Below, piece after piece: positions 8,926 through 19,353 of a stretch of 53,554 nucleotides of DNA; the stretch's first letter is position 1, and every line of letters starts with the position of its first letter. The position numbers were made by a program, and so were the translations under genes. The notes beneath the pieces were generated by a model, which saw nothing but the letters and a program-made list of their open reading frames with translations, did no database searches and had not been told where the DNA came from. The DNA lies in NCBI GenBank assembly GCA_902794615.1, contig CADBHY010000001.1, positions 1-53,554 of the forward strand. Reading direction: 5' to 3'. This DNA comes from an uncultured Bacteroidia bacterium (GTDB lineage Bacteria > Bacteroidota > Bacteroidia > Bacteroidales > UBA932).

Positions 8926-11900
8926 ATGAAACAAGCGAAAGTTTTGTTTAGCTCCTTGTTCTTGTTCGCGAGCGTAGTCCTGTCTGCACAGAACATTACC
9001 GTTCGCGGTACGGTCAAGGACGCAACCACCGGTGATGCCATCCCTTATGCCGGCGTTCAGGTTAAGGGAACGAGCACCGGAGCTATCTCTGACATGGACG
9101 GTGTCTATGTTGTTTCTGTTCCCTCTCAAGGAACGCTCGTTATTTCTTCCGTAGGATACACAACGCAGGAAATACCTGTGAATGGACGCACCTCCATTAA
9201 TGTAACCTTGGAACAAGACAATGAGTCTCTGGAAGGTACTGTAGTTGTTGCCTTCGGAACAAAACGCAAGCAAGACCTTGTTGGTTCCGTTTCCAGCGTC
9301 AAGTCCGAGATTCTCCAGAACAACCAGTCGGCTTCAGTTACCAGCGCCTTGGAAGGTGCGGTTTCCGGCCTTCAGGTAATTACCTCTACCGGTCAGCCGG
9401 GAAGCGATGCCAGCATTTATGTCCGTGGTATCGGCTCCCTGAGCGCGAGCAATGCCGCCCTTGTGGTCGTAGATGGTGTTCCGTACAACGGAAGCATCTC
9501 GAATATCAATCCGCAGGATATTGAATCTATTTCCGTATCCAAAGACGCCGTCTCCAACTCCCTGTACGGTTCCCGTGCAGCTGGCGGCGTGGTTATGATT
9601 ACCACCAAAAGCGGAGCCAAAACCAAGGCGAACATCCAGTTCAGCGCCAATGCCGGTGTCTTGAGCCGCGCATACAAGGACTATAGCATGGTGACCGATC
9701 CCGCCGAATACTACCGCCTCACCTGGTACGGTATCCGCAATACGGAATTCGTCGCCGGTGCTACTGCTGAGGAAGCGGCAGAAACCGCCTCGAAAAACCT
9801 TCTGAAGGAATTGGGTAACTATAACTCCTTCATCATTCCCGACGGAGAGTATCTGGTGGATGTCAATGGCAACCTGAACAGCAAGGCAAAAGTACGTTAT
9901 AACGATTCCTTTGCCGACAATATGTTCAAGACCGCCGTGCGTCAAGAGTACAACATCTCCGCCTCCGGCAGCAATGACAAAGTAGATTACTACATGTCTA
10001 TCGGCTATCTCGATAACAAGTCCTACATTGTGGGTTCCAACTACAACCGCTTGTCTGCCCGTACCAATTTGACGGCGAAACTTACCTCCTGGCTCCGTGC
10101 GGGAATGAACCTCGCCTATTCCAAGACGCAGAGCAACGGTATGCAGGAAAGCACGACGGCAGCCTCCAACCCCTTCAGCGTAGCACGCAGCTGGGCTCCC
10201 ATCTACCCCGTCCATGCCTATGATGCCGAGGGTAACATGGTGAAGGACGAGAAAGGCAACCCCGTATGGGATGCCGGTACCGGCCAGACTGCAGGAACGT
10301 CCAAACGTCCTACTGCTACGAACCAGAACGTCATCTGCAACCTGACGGAAGACATTCGTCGCACCACCCGTCACAATGTAACCACCCGTGCATTTGTTGA
10401 AGCTAAATTCCTGAAACACTTCACGGCTTTGGTTAACTACAGTTATGACTTCCGTAATGGACAGGGCCTTACCTATTATACTCCCACCATCGGTGACGGC
10501 CAGTCCTTTAAGGGCCGTGGTACGCACAATGCCACCACTTCTACCGTGTCCAATTTGCAGGAAACCCTTTCCTATGAGAATATTTTTGGGGATAACCATA
10601 ATTTCTCCGCCAAGATAGGCCATGAGTATTACCAGTACAGGTATCGCTACCTGGAAGCCCAAAAGACTAACTTCTTTGATCCGGCCAACCCGGAACTGGC
10701 TAATGGTGGTCAGCAGCAATATAGCACCAGCGGTACAGACGCCCTGAATATTGAAGGCTTTTTCGGAATGGTTGACTATAACTACGCTTCCAGATATTAT
10801 TTCTCTGCCGCTTTTCGTAGGGACGGAACTTCCCGTTTCAATAAGAAGTGGGGTAATTTCTGGTCTGTCGGCGCTGCCTACCGTATCTCTGCAGAGCCAT
10901 TCATGGCCAGCACCAAATCCTGGCTTGACGATTTGAAAATCCGTGCCTCCTATGGTACTCAGGGCAACCAGGAAGTGGGAAACTACTACCCCGTCCATGA
11001 TCAGTACGAAGTTGGTTGGGACGGATCCAACCTGTACACCTCCTTGTCTTATTACGGTAATCCTGATCTTACTTGGGAAAAACAGAATACCTTTGATGTC
11101 GGTTTGGACTTCAGCTTCCTGGGTCGCATCAGGGGAAATATGGACTTTTTCATCCGCAAAACAGATGATATGCTGTTCCAGCGTCCGCTTGCCTATTCTA
11201 CCGCAGCCCGCCCCTATAACTGGGAAAACCTGGGCGCCATGAGAACAAACGGTATTGAGTTTGAAATCAGCGGTGATATTATCAAGAACCGCGATTTACG
11301 TTGGACCGTCACCCTCTTGGGCTCCCACTATGGTAACAAGATTCTCCGCCTGCCCGAAGAAAACAGGGAGGATGGTATCACCTCTGGCACCTATAAACTT
11401 ATGGAAGGCCGTGACCGGTACGAATACTATACTTATATGTATGCTGGAATGGATGAGAATGGAAATGCTCAATGGTATAAGGATGAGGTAGATGACAAGG
11501 GTAATAAGACCGGAAACAAAGTAGCAACCACCAAATACAGCGAAGCCACAAAGTATTATCTTGGCAAGACCGCCTTGGCAAAACTGAACGGCGGTATTAA
11601 CACTCAGTTGTATTGGAAGGGCTTGGACTTCAGCATCCAGACCTCTTACCAGATTGGTGGCTGGGCCTACGACTCCGAGTATCTGAGCGGTATGAGCGTC
11701 TCTTACTATGTGGGTCACAACGCAGACATGTGGAATACCTACGATCCCATCAAGAAGACCGGCTCCATCCCGGTATGGAATGCCAACAACACGTCCAACT
11801 CCTACAGTCAGACCTCCGATGCACATCTGGTTGATGCCTCTTATCTGAGCATCCGCAATATCACCATCGGATATACTCTGCCCAAGCACATCACCCGTAA

Positions 11901-12066
11901 ATTCTACGTGGAAGGTCTTCGCTTTTACGTTATGGCCGACAACGTAGCCCTCTTCTCCAAGCGCCAGGGATTCGATCCCAGGGTTTCTTTCACCGGCTCT
12001 ACCGGCAGCTTCCGCGGCTATGCCCCTATGCGCACGGTTTCCGGCGGTATAACCGTTACGTTCTAA
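8926..12066 (+). CDS. susC: SusC/RagA family TonB-dependent transporter (SusC2)
   Basis: Start at MKQAKVLF (signal peptide); KDAVSNSLYGSRAAGGVVMITTK plug motif, LTWEK, C-terminal F. Confidence 0.96.
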   Translation: MKQAKVLFSSLFLFASVVLSAQNITVRGTVKDATTGDAIPYAGVQVKGTSTGAISDMDGVYVVSVPSQGTLVISSVGYTTQEIPVNGRTSINVTLEQDNESLEGTVVVAFGTKRKQDLVGSVSSVKSEILQNNQSASVTSALEGAVSGLQVITSTGQPGSDASIYVRGIGSLSASNAALVVVDGVPYNGSISNINPQDIESISVSKDAVSNSLYGSRAAGGVVMITTKSGAKTKANIQFSANAGVLSRAYKDYSMVTDPAEYYRLTWYGIRNTEFVAGATAEEAAETASKNLLKELGNYNSFIIPDGEYLVDVNGNLNSKAKVRYNDSFADNMFKTAVRQEYNISASGSNDKVDYYMSIGYLDNKSYIVGSNYNRLSARTNLTAKLTSWLRAGMNLAYSKTQSNGMQESTTAASNPFSVARSWAPIYPVHAYDAEGNMVKDEKGNPVWDAGTGQTAGTSKRPTATNQNVICNLTEDIRRTTRHNVTTRAFVEAKFLKHFTALVNYSYDFRNGQGLTYYTPTIGDGQSFKGRGTHNATTSTVSNLQETLSYENIFGDNHNFSAKIGHEYYQYRYRYLEAQKTNFFDPANPELANGGQQQYSTSGTDALNIEGFFGMVDYNYASRYYFSAAFRRDGTSRFNKKWGNFWSVGAAYRISAEPFMASTKSWLDDLKIRASYGTQGNQEVGNYYPVHDQYEVGWDGSNLYTSLSYYGNPDLTWEKQNTFDVGLDFSFLGRIRGNMDFFIRKTDDMLFQRPLAYSTAARPYNWENLGAMRTNGIEFEISGDIIKNRDLRWTVTLLGSHYGNKILRLPEENREDGITSGTYKLMEGRDRYEYYTYMYAGMDENGNAQWYKDEVDDKGNKTGNKVATTKYSEATKYYLGKTALAKLNGGINTQLYWKGLDFSIQTSYQIGGWAYDSEYLSGMSVSYYVGHNADMWNTYDPIKKTGSIPVWNANNTSNSYSQTSDAHLVDASYLSIRNITIGYTLPKHITRKFYVEGLRFYVMADNVALFSKRQGFDPRVSFTGSTGSFRGYAPMRTVSGGITVTF

Positions 12067-12086
12067 TTTAAAGGAGAGTTTTTATT

Positions 12087-13652
12087 ATGAAAAAGAATAT
12101 TGCCATCTTATTCTCCATTGCTCTTCTGGGAGGTACGATAAGCTCTTGCATGAAGGATGCAGAACCCACAGGCCTGATTACCCAGGAGCATCTCAATACT
12201 GTATTGGAGGAGCATCCCGAAAAATTCGATGCCCTTGTACAAGGTATCTACACGGATATTCAATCGTTCGGCGACCCCGGAATATCCCATAACTACTTTG
12301 GACAGATGGGATTCAATTACTTGACCTCCCTGATGGGTAATGATATGATTATGACCGGCCGATATGGCATGAGTATCTATCACTATCTGCTGGACTACTG
12401 GCAGCAGGACTATAACGCAACCCTGACCCGCTGGAGAGAGTACTACCGCCATATCGCAAACGCAAACAACATCATTCGCCAGGCCCCTGCCGATGCAACA
12501 GATCCGGTTACGCTACAATATCGCGCCATTGCTCTGGGTATTCGGGCTTATGCTTACCTTCAGCTTTCCTACCTATATCAGTATTCCTACTATGTAGGTG
12601 CCGATGACACAGTTTGGGGTAAAGGTGCAAAGTATGATCACTCCAAAGATCTGCTTGTTCCCATCGTGGACGAGAAAACAACAGAAGATCAGCCGCGAAA
12701 GACCGTAGAAGATGTTTTCAACTTCCTTATCAAAGACTTCGAAGAATCCTATGCCATCTTTGAAAAGATAGGAGCGGTCCGCACATCTTCACCCACCGAC
12801 ATTGATGGTTGTGTAGTGGCCAATTACCTGGCCCGCGCCTATATGATCAAACATGATTGGGATAACGGTGCAAAATACGCCAAGGTTGTCATGGATAACT
12901 TTGATATTCTCTCTACGGAAGCAGATATTCTCCAGGGATTCAGCAATATCAATCTGGATGACGTGGTGTTTGGTTGTGACATCACTTCTGACAACTCGGG
13001 TATCTACAGGTCCTGGTTCTCCATGATGGACTATTTTGGCGACGGTTATGCCGGCATCGGTGTCTGGCGTGCCGCTTTTGGTCCGCTGGTAGATAGAATT
13101 GCCGATGACGACGTGCGTCGTGAATGGTTCCTGGATAAACGGAATCCGCTTACCATGCAGATAGCTGCTGTATTGTATCAGTCCATCAAATTCATTGGCG
13201 CAGGACGAAGTGCCGTCTTTAATTCCGGTTTTGACGGAACCGGCTGGGAGTTGGGCGACTACATCTATCTCCGCTCCGAAGAAGCCTATTTTATGTATGC
13301 TGAATGCCTTGCTCATCAAGATAATCTGACTGATGCCGTAGCGCTTCTTGAAGATATTATGTCCACCCGTCAGCCCAGTTACACTTGCAGTGCTACTACC
13401 AAAGAAGACTTCTTGGAAGAACTTATTTTCCAGAAGAGGGTTGAGTTCTGGGGAGAAGGAATGGAATTTTTGGACAACCGCCGTCTGAATATTCCTGTTG
13501 ACCGTACCGATGCTACCTGGACCAAGGAAAGGAATAATCACCTTGCTGCGGCTAAATTCAAGAAGGAACAGGAAACTGAGGAATTCCTCTACCAGTTGCC
13601 TATCTCTGAAATTGAAAACAACAAGAATATCAACGAGGAGGATCAAAACTAA
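12087..13652 (+). CDS. susD: RagB/SusD family lipoprotein
   Basis: Lipobox ISSC; IRAYAYLQL, RVEFWGEG, LPISEI..N motifs. Confidence 0.95.
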   Translation: MKKNIAILFSIALLGGTISSCMKDAEPTGLITQEHLNTVLEEHPEKFDALVQGIYTDIQSFGDPGISHNYFGQMGFNYLTSLMGNDMIMTGRYGMSIYHYLLDYWQQDYNATLTRWREYYRHIANANNIIRQAPADATDPVTLQYRAIALGIRAYAYLQLSYLYQYSYYVGADDTVWGKGAKYDHSKDLLVPIVDEKTTEDQPRKTVEDVFNFLIKDFEESYAIFEKIGAVRTSSPTDIDGCVVANYLARAYMIKHDWDNGAKYAKVVMDNFDILSTEADILQGFSNINLDDVVFGCDITSDNSGIYRSWFSMMDYFGDGYAGIGVWRAAFGPLVDRIADDDVRREWFLDKRNPLTMQIAAVLYQSIKFIGAGRSAVFNSGFDGTGWELGDYIYLRSEEAYFMYAECLAHQDNLTDAVALLEDIMSTRQPSYTCSATTKEDFLEELIFQKRVEFWGEGMEFLDNRRLNIPVDRTDATWTKERNNHLAAAKFKKEQETEEFLYQLPISEIENNKNINEEDQN

Positions 13653-13670
13653 TTCCTTGTAATTTCATTT

Positions 13671-13700
13671 AGGGAGCGGGAAATTCCCGCTCCCTTTTTT
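13671..13700 (+). terminator. Intrinsic terminator after susD2
   Basis: agggagcggga/tcccgctccct hairpin plus T tract. Confidence 0.85.
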
Positions 13701-13724
13701 CTTAAAAGACAATAACAACAGAAT

Positions 13725-15206
13725 ATGAAAAGAATCTTTTGGATTACCTTTCTGTGTTTCTTGGCACTGTCGGCCTGCAAGAAGGAAGACCAGCCCTATT
13801 CCACGGAGGGAGAGACTCCTGTAGTAGAGCAAGAAACCGAGCAGCAGAAAACCTGGAGGTATGCCAACATCTTTGCCATGAATACAATGAATCTCTACTA
13901 TCTGTGGCAGAAGGAGATTGCTTCCTCGTTGGAAACATGGAAGACCTCGGATAATCCCGTGGAGAAAGTCCAGAAAGTCCGTTACAAGGACGACCGTTGG
14001 ACAGAGATGATAGAGAACTTCTCCGACTTTCAGGGCAGTGTGTCGGGAACAGAAAAAACCTATGGATTTGACTTCATTCTGTATCCCTATGACAATCCGC
14101 TCACCACTCTTTGCGGAGTGGTTAAATACACCTATGAAGATTCTCCGGCCAGGAAAGCGGGTCTCAAACGGGGAGATGTCATCATGAAAGTGAATGGCAA
14201 GAGCATTCCCTATCCCAATTATACCAGTATAGTCTTCAATGAGTTGCTGGGAGGAGACAAACTTACGGTGGAACTCATGGACGGAAGGACCCTTACCATG
14301 GATTCGGTAGAGATGTATGAGAATCCGGTACTTCTTTCAAAGGTGTTCACGGCGGAAAGCAAGAAAATAGGCTATCTGCATTTCACCAGCTTCACGCTTG
14401 ATGCGTGCAGCGACCTAATAAAGGTGTTCAAGGAATTCAAGGAAGAGGGCGTATCGGAACTCATCCTGGACCTTCGGTACAACGGGGGCGGCTATGTGAT
14501 TACCGAAGAAGTGATGGCGTCGCTCATTGCTCCTGAAGAAGAGGTGCTGGCCGGAAGCGTTTTGTCAACCATGGTCTGTAACGAAGGATTGAGTGAGTAT
14601 TTCAAAAAACAAGGCACAGATACGAACACTTATTTCAAAACGAATTTCTCCTTTACCAGCAATGGGCAGAAACAGGAGCTGTCCACAATGGGAGCCAATC
14701 CCGGAATCCAGAAACTGTACGTAATCATGACATCCTCTACGGCATCGGCATCGGAGGCCATCGTTTGCGATTTAAGCCCGTATATGCCTGTCTCTTTGAT
14801 CGGCGAACAAACACACGGGAAATTCTGCACCGGACTCATGATGGATGCAGTAGAGTTCTTCGAGGATTATGCCGACCAGCTGGGAACCACTGTTTCCGAG
14901 CAGGGGAAAAAATACACCGAAAACTGGGGCTTATACATCATGTACTCCCGCTTTGCCGATAAAAACGGTGTAACCCTATGTATGCCGGACGGCCTGCACC
15001 CGGACTATGAGGCCGAGGATGACCCGCTGGACGGCTTCCAGCTGGGAGACCCCTCGGAAACCATGCTGGCCCGCGCCCTGGCGCTTTGCGGATACCAGGC
15101 CGATACGAAAGCCACTGCCGCGCCGGCCGTCAGCCTGGAGCGCACCCCTATTCCTTTCAAAGACAAAGCCTATCGCATCCTGCTTCCGGAACAGCTGCCC
15201 AAATAG
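13725..15206 (+). CDS. S41 family peptidase lipoprotein with PDZ domain, copy 1
   Basis: Lipobox LSAC; YYLW, SPARKAGLKRGD (PDZ), LDLRYNGGG, TASASE, GEQTHGK. Confidence 0.93.
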   Translation: MKRIFWITFLCFLALSACKKEDQPYSTEGETPVVEQETEQQKTWRYANIFAMNTMNLYYLWQKEIASSLETWKTSDNPVEKVQKVRYKDDRWTEMIENFSDFQGSVSGTEKTYGFDFILYPYDNPLTTLCGVVKYTYEDSPARKAGLKRGDVIMKVNGKSIPYPNYTSIVFNELLGGDKLTVELMDGRTLTMDSVEMYENPVLLSKVFTAESKKIGYLHFTSFTLDACSDLIKVFKEFKEEGVSELILDLRYNGGGYVITEEVMASLIAPEEEVLAGSVLSTMVCNEGLSEYFKKQGTDTNTYFKTNFSFTSNGQKQELSTMGANPGIQKLYVIMTSSTASASEAIVCDLSPYMPVSLIGEQTHGKFCTGLMMDAVEFFEDYADQLGTTVSEQGKKYTENWGLYIMYSRFADKNGVTLCMPDGLHPDYEAEDDPLDGFQLGDPSETMLARALALCGYQADTKATAAPAVSLERTPIPFKDKAYRILLPEQLPK

Positions 15207-15248
15207 AAAAAAAAATTATCCCGGCTTCCTTTCAGAAACCGGGATAAT
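15207..15248 (-). terminator. Terminator of the frdB/sdhB remnant, possibly bidirectional
   Basis: attatcccgg/ccgggataat stem with an A tract on its left side. Confidence 0.75.
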
Positions 15249-15265
15249 CATTTATACAAACCCTT

Positions 15266-15409
15266 TTACTCGCTGAAACGGGCTTTCAGGTACTCACGGT
15301 TCAGACGGGCGATATGGTCGATGGTAACGTGCTTGGGGCACTCCATCTCGCAGGCCCGGGTGTTGGTGCAGTTACCGAAGCCCAACTCGTCCATCTTGGC
15401 CGCCATGGC
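15266..15409 (-). pseudogene. sdhB: 3' fragment of succinate dehydrogenase/fumarate reductase Fe-S subunit
   Basis: Translates AMAAKMDELGFGNCTNTRACEMECPKHVTIDHIARLNREYLKARFSE*, matching the Bacteroidetes SdhB/FrdB C-terminal Fe-S motif; the 5' part of the gene is absent. Confidence 0.88.
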
Positions 15410-15531
15410 CAGCGGAAAGCTCACACTCACATCGGCCGGAGGAAAGGAAGTGGATACCTATACAAAGATATCCGCCATTCCCGCTACCGTAAGCGGAAAC
15501 ACCTATTAAACCTGATTCTTCCGCTAAATAG

Positions 15532-15558
15532 AACGGGGTCCGTTTGGGCCCCGTTTTT
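15532..15558 (+). terminator. Intrinsic terminator after an orphan gene 3' end
   Basis: aacggggtcc-gttt-gggccccgtt followed by TTT. Confidence 0.65.
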
Positions 15559-15702
15559 CATAGGAAGCCTGCCTTCAAATCGAAAGAAACACACAAAAAG
15601 CATCTAAAACAACACAACTTTTTTTACGATTATAGGTTTTTTGAAGTCCATGTTCTATGTTTGCTGCAAGGACAACTCCGTCCGGCATAAACTATCGGCC
15701 TT

Positions 15703-16686
15703 ATGAACAGAAAACTTGCTCCGGCGCAGATGCGCAAATTCGTTGCCATCGTAAATGAGGTGGAACGATACCGGGACCTCTCCGAGAAGGAGAAAGAACA
15801 ACTTGTCCTTTCTATCCTGGACCACCCTTATATGGACTTGAGATGTGACTGGGCATTCAAGCATGTTATGGAGAACACGGATATTCTCAAAATGCTTTTG
15901 AACGATTTCTTGCCTGAAGAGATTGACTCCGTGCAGATGCTGCCCAACGAGATTGACAAGATGCGGCCGGACGACAAGAATGTTATCATGGATATTTTAT
16001 GCCACTCCGTTGATGGAAAGGAATTCATTGTGGAAATGCAGCGGAGAAAGAAGACATCCTTCAAGAACCGGATGTTATATTACGGGGCCTCCATGTTACA
16101 TAGCCAATTGAAGCCTCGGGAGCCTTATTCTGCCTTGAAATCCGTATATGTGATTTGCTTTATGGATTTCAAAATGCAGCACGAGACAGACCAGTTGGTT
16201 TACAGATATGCTCTTTGTGAGCAGAATTCCGGCGAGCGTTACAATGATTTGCTGTCGGTCTATTTTTGTGAGCTGCCTCGTTTGAAAGCAACAGGTATCG
16301 AGGGGCTGGATCCGGTACAGAGTTGGTTTTATATTCTCGCAAATATGCGTATATTTGCAGGAAAGCCGGAAGACATGGGGAAACGATATGCTGCCATAGC
16401 AGAGGAAGCACGAATGCCAGGTCCTCCGGAGGAGGAAGAACTGATTAAATATTTCCGCAACATGATTACCGAAGAAGAAAGACTGGATATGGGAGCTGCC
16501 TACTATGAAGATGGCTTCAACGATGGTTTGGAAAAGGGAAAAGCGGAAGGAAAGGAGGAAGGAAAAGCGGAGGCCAAAACCGAGATGGCGAAAAGCATGC
16601 TTAAAGAAGGGATGGACCCATCCTTTATCTCAAAGGTAACAGGTCTTTTTCCGGCAGAAATACTTAAACTTAAAGAAAAGGAATGA
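15703..16686 (+). CDS. Rpn family recombination-promoting nuclease/putative transposase, copy 2
   Basis: Close paralogue of 7745-8725 with the same motifs; the last ~40 aa diverge. Confidence 0.9.
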   Translation: MNRKLAPAQMRKFVAIVNEVERYRDLSEKEKEQLVLSILDHPYMDLRCDWAFKHVMENTDILKMLLNDFLPEEIDSVQMLPNEIDKMRPDDKNVIMDILCHSVDGKEFIVEMQRRKKTSFKNRMLYYGASMLHSQLKPREPYSALKSVYVICFMDFKMQHETDQLVYRYALCEQNSGERYNDLLSVYFCELPRLKATGIEGLDPVQSWFYILANMRIFAGKPEDMGKRYAAIAEEARMPGPPEEEELIKYFRNMITEEERLDMGAAYYEDGFNDGLEKGKAEGKEEGKAEAKTEMAKSMLKEGMDPSFISKVTGLFPAEILKLKEKE

Positions 16687-18161
16687 AAAAAAATCTCTTC
16701 TTATTTTATATGTGCCTGCTGGCCCTGTGGGCCTGCGAGAAGGTAGTTCAGCCATCATCTGAACCCGGCAGTTCCGTCATCGAAGGAACCGAGCAGCAGA
16801 AAACCTGGGGCTATGCCAACGTGTTTGCCAAGAACACCATGAACCTGTATTATCTGTGGCAAAAGGAGATTGCCTCTTCACTGGACTCGTGGAAGTCCAC
16901 GGAAGACCCCGTGGAGAAGGTCAGGAAAGTCCGCTACAAGGACGACCGCTGGACAGAGATGATTCAAGATTTTTCGGCGTTCCAGAGCAGCGTCGCAGGG
17001 ACGGAGAAGACCTATGGATTTGACTTTGTGCTGTATCCGCTTGACAACCCGCTCACGACCCTCTGCGCCGCGGTCAAGTTCACCTACGAAGACTCTCCGG
17101 CCCGCAAGGCGGGGCTCAAGCGCGGGGACGTTATCATGAAGGTGAACGGAAAGAGCATCCCCTATCCCAATTATTCGGGCATCGTCTTTAACGAACTGCT
17201 GGGAGGAGACAAACTGACGGTGGAACTGAAGGACGGAAGAACCCTCACCATGGACTCGGTGGAGATGTATGAGAACCCCGTGCTCCTTTCCAAGGTGTTC
17301 ACGGCAGGGGATAAGAAGATAGGCTACCTGCATTTCACCAGTTTTACGCTTGATGCTTGCAACGAACTTGTGGAGGTGTTCAGGGAGTTCAAGCAGGAGG
17401 GGGTTTCGGAACTTATCATGGACCTGCGGTACAACGGGGGCGGATACGTGCTCACCGAAGAGGTGCTGGCGTCGCTCATCGGACCGGAGGAGGAAGTGCT
17501 GGCAGGAAGCGTCCTGTCAACCATGGTGTGCAACGAGGGCCTGAGCGAGTATTTCAAGAAGCAGGGAACGGATACGAACACCTACTTCAAGACCGAGTTC
17601 AGCTTTACCAGCAACGGGCAGAAACAGGCCCTGTCAACCAAGGGGGCCAATCCGGGCATTCAGAAGATGTATGTTATTATGACCGCATCCACCGCATCGG
17701 CCTCGGAAGCCCTCGTGTGCGACCTCAACCCCTATATGCCCATCTCCCTGATTGGAAAAAAGACGCACGGGAAGTTCTGCACAGGCATCATGATGGAGGC
17801 CGAAGAATTCTTCGACGACTATGCCGACCAGCTGGGCAAAACCGTGTCGGAGCAGGGAAAGAAATACACAAAAAACTGGGGCCTGTACATCATGTATTCC
17901 CGCTTTGCCGACAAGAACGGCCGGACCCTCTGCATGCCGGACGGTCTGAAACCGGACTATGAGGCCGAAGATGACCCCTTGGACGGCTTCCAGCTGGGAG
18001 ACCCCTCGGAAACCATGCTCGCCCGCGCCCTGGCGCTTTGCGGATACCAGGCCGATACAAAAGCCATCGCCGCACCCTCCAAGCGTCCGGAAAGAATCCC
18101 CCTTCCGCTCAAGGACAAGGCCTACCGCATCCTCCTGCCCGAACAGATGCCCGGGATTTAA
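16683..18161 (+). CDS. S41 family peptidase lipoprotein, copy 2
   Basis: Paralogue of 13725-15206; DLRYNGGG, TASASE; ATGA overlap with rpn copy 2. Confidence 0.93.
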   Translation: MKKNLFLFYMCLLALWACEKVVQPSSEPGSSVIEGTEQQKTWGYANVFAKNTMNLYYLWQKEIASSLDSWKSTEDPVEKVRKVRYKDDRWTEMIQDFSAFQSSVAGTEKTYGFDFVLYPLDNPLTTLCAAVKFTYEDSPARKAGLKRGDVIMKVNGKSIPYPNYSGIVFNELLGGDKLTVELKDGRTLTMDSVEMYENPVLLSKVFTAGDKKIGYLHFTSFTLDACNELVEVFREFKQEGVSELIMDLRYNGGGYVLTEEVLASLIGPEEEVLAGSVLSTMVCNEGLSEYFKKQGTDTNTYFKTEFSFTSNGQKQALSTKGANPGIQKMYVIMTASTASASEALVCDLNPYMPISLIGKKTHGKFCTGIMMEAEEFFDDYADQLGKTVSEQGKKYTKNWGLYIMYSRFADKNGRTLCMPDGLKPDYEAEDDPLDGFQLGDPSETMLARALALCGYQADTKAIAAPSKRPERIPLPLKDKAYRILLPEQMPGI

Positions 18162-19346
18162 TTACCAGAGGAAATTGTTGAAGGGGTAGCGCCCCGCATG
18201 AATCTCCGAGACAATCTTGTAAAGGTCGCCCCGGAGTTTTTCTATGCCAATCTTCTCTTTGGCCGATATGAAGATGCAAGGAGTCTTCTCTTGGGCAATC
18301 CAGCTGTTCTTGAGCTCCTCCAGCGTCCGGTTCACGGGCTGCTTGGGTTCCAGGGAGAACTCGTCGTAGGGCTCGTAGGTGTAGGCGTCCACCTTGTTGA
18401 AAACCACCAGTACGGGTTTCCCGGCGGCGCCGATGTCCCGGAGAGTCTGTTCCACCACCTGCATCTGCTCTTCGAATTCCGGGTGCGAGATATCCACCAC
18501 ATGCACCAGCACATCGGCCTCACGGACCTCGTCTAAGGTACTTTTGAAGGCCTCCACCAGCTGCGTGGGCAACTTGCGGATGAAGCCTACGGTGTCGCTC
18601 AGCAGGAAGGGCACATTCTCGATGACCACCTTTCTTACCGTAGTGTCCAGCGTAGCGAACAGCTTGTTCTCTGCAAACACGTCAGATTTGGCCAGTAAAT
18701 TCATCAAAGTGCTCTTGCCTACATTGGTATATCCCACCAGCGCCAAACGCACCAGAGAGCCTCTGTTGCCCCTTTGCGTGGCCATCTGCCTGTCCACCTT
18801 CTTGAGGTCTTCCTTGAGCTTGGAAATACGCTGCTTCACGATACGGCGGTCTATCTCTATCTGGGTCTCGCCCATGCCGCCGCGGGTGCCCATGCCGCCC
18901 CGCTGCCGTTCCAGGTGCGTCCACATGCCGGCCAGGCGCGGCAGCATGTAGTTGTAATGGGCCAGCTCCACCTGCATCTTGGCATAGGAAGTCTTGGCCC
19001 GCTGGGCAAAGATTTCCAGGATGAGGGACGTCCGGTCTATCACGTCCGAGCAGGCAATCACCTTCTCGATATTGCGCTGCTGCATGCCGGTGAGCTCGTC
19101 GTCAAAAATCACGTACTCAATCTCGTTCTCCTGGCAGTATTCCTTGATCTCCTCCAGTTTGCCCGGGCCGATATACGTGGCCTTGTCCGGCCTGTCCAGG
19201 CGCTGGGTGAACATTCTGTCCCCCACGGCGCCGGCCGTCTCGGCCAGGAAGCGGAGTTCTTCCAGGTATTCCTGCACTTTTCTGTCGGCCCCTTTCTCCA
19301 GGATAACGCCCACAAAAACGGCTTTGTTGCTTTTGAATTCACTCAT
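18162..19346 (-). CDS. hflX: GTPase HflX
   Basis: LPRL, GMGETQIEIDRR, GYTNVGKST, LFATLD, DTVGFI, NKVD; ATG at 19346 preferred over the upstream TTG. Confidence 0.97.
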   Translation of the reverse strand: MSEFKSNKAVFVGVILEKGADRKVQEYLEELRFLAETAGAVGDRMFTQRLDRPDKATYIGPGKLEEIKEYCQENEIEYVIFDDELTGMQQRNIEKVIACSDVIDRTSLILEIFAQRAKTSYAKMQVELAHYNYMLPRLAGMWTHLERQRGGMGTRGGMGETQIEIDRRIVKQRISKLKEDLKKVDRQMATQRGNRGSLVRLALVGYTNVGKSTLMNLLAKSDVFAENKLFATLDTTVRKVVIENVPFLLSDTVGFIRKLPTQLVEAFKSTLDEVREADVLVHVVDISHPEFEEQMQVVEQTLRDIGAAGKPVLVVFNKVDAYTYEPYDEFSLEPKQPVNRTLEELKNSWIAQEKTPCIFISAKEKIGIEKLRGDLYKIVSEIHAGRYPFNNFLW

Positions 19347-19353
19347 AGTCAAA

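Noticed and set aside
15314-15607. 97-aa and 62-aa plus-strand ORFs
   Set aside because: Chimeric frames crossing the frdB scar junction; only the tail after ~15408 looks coding.
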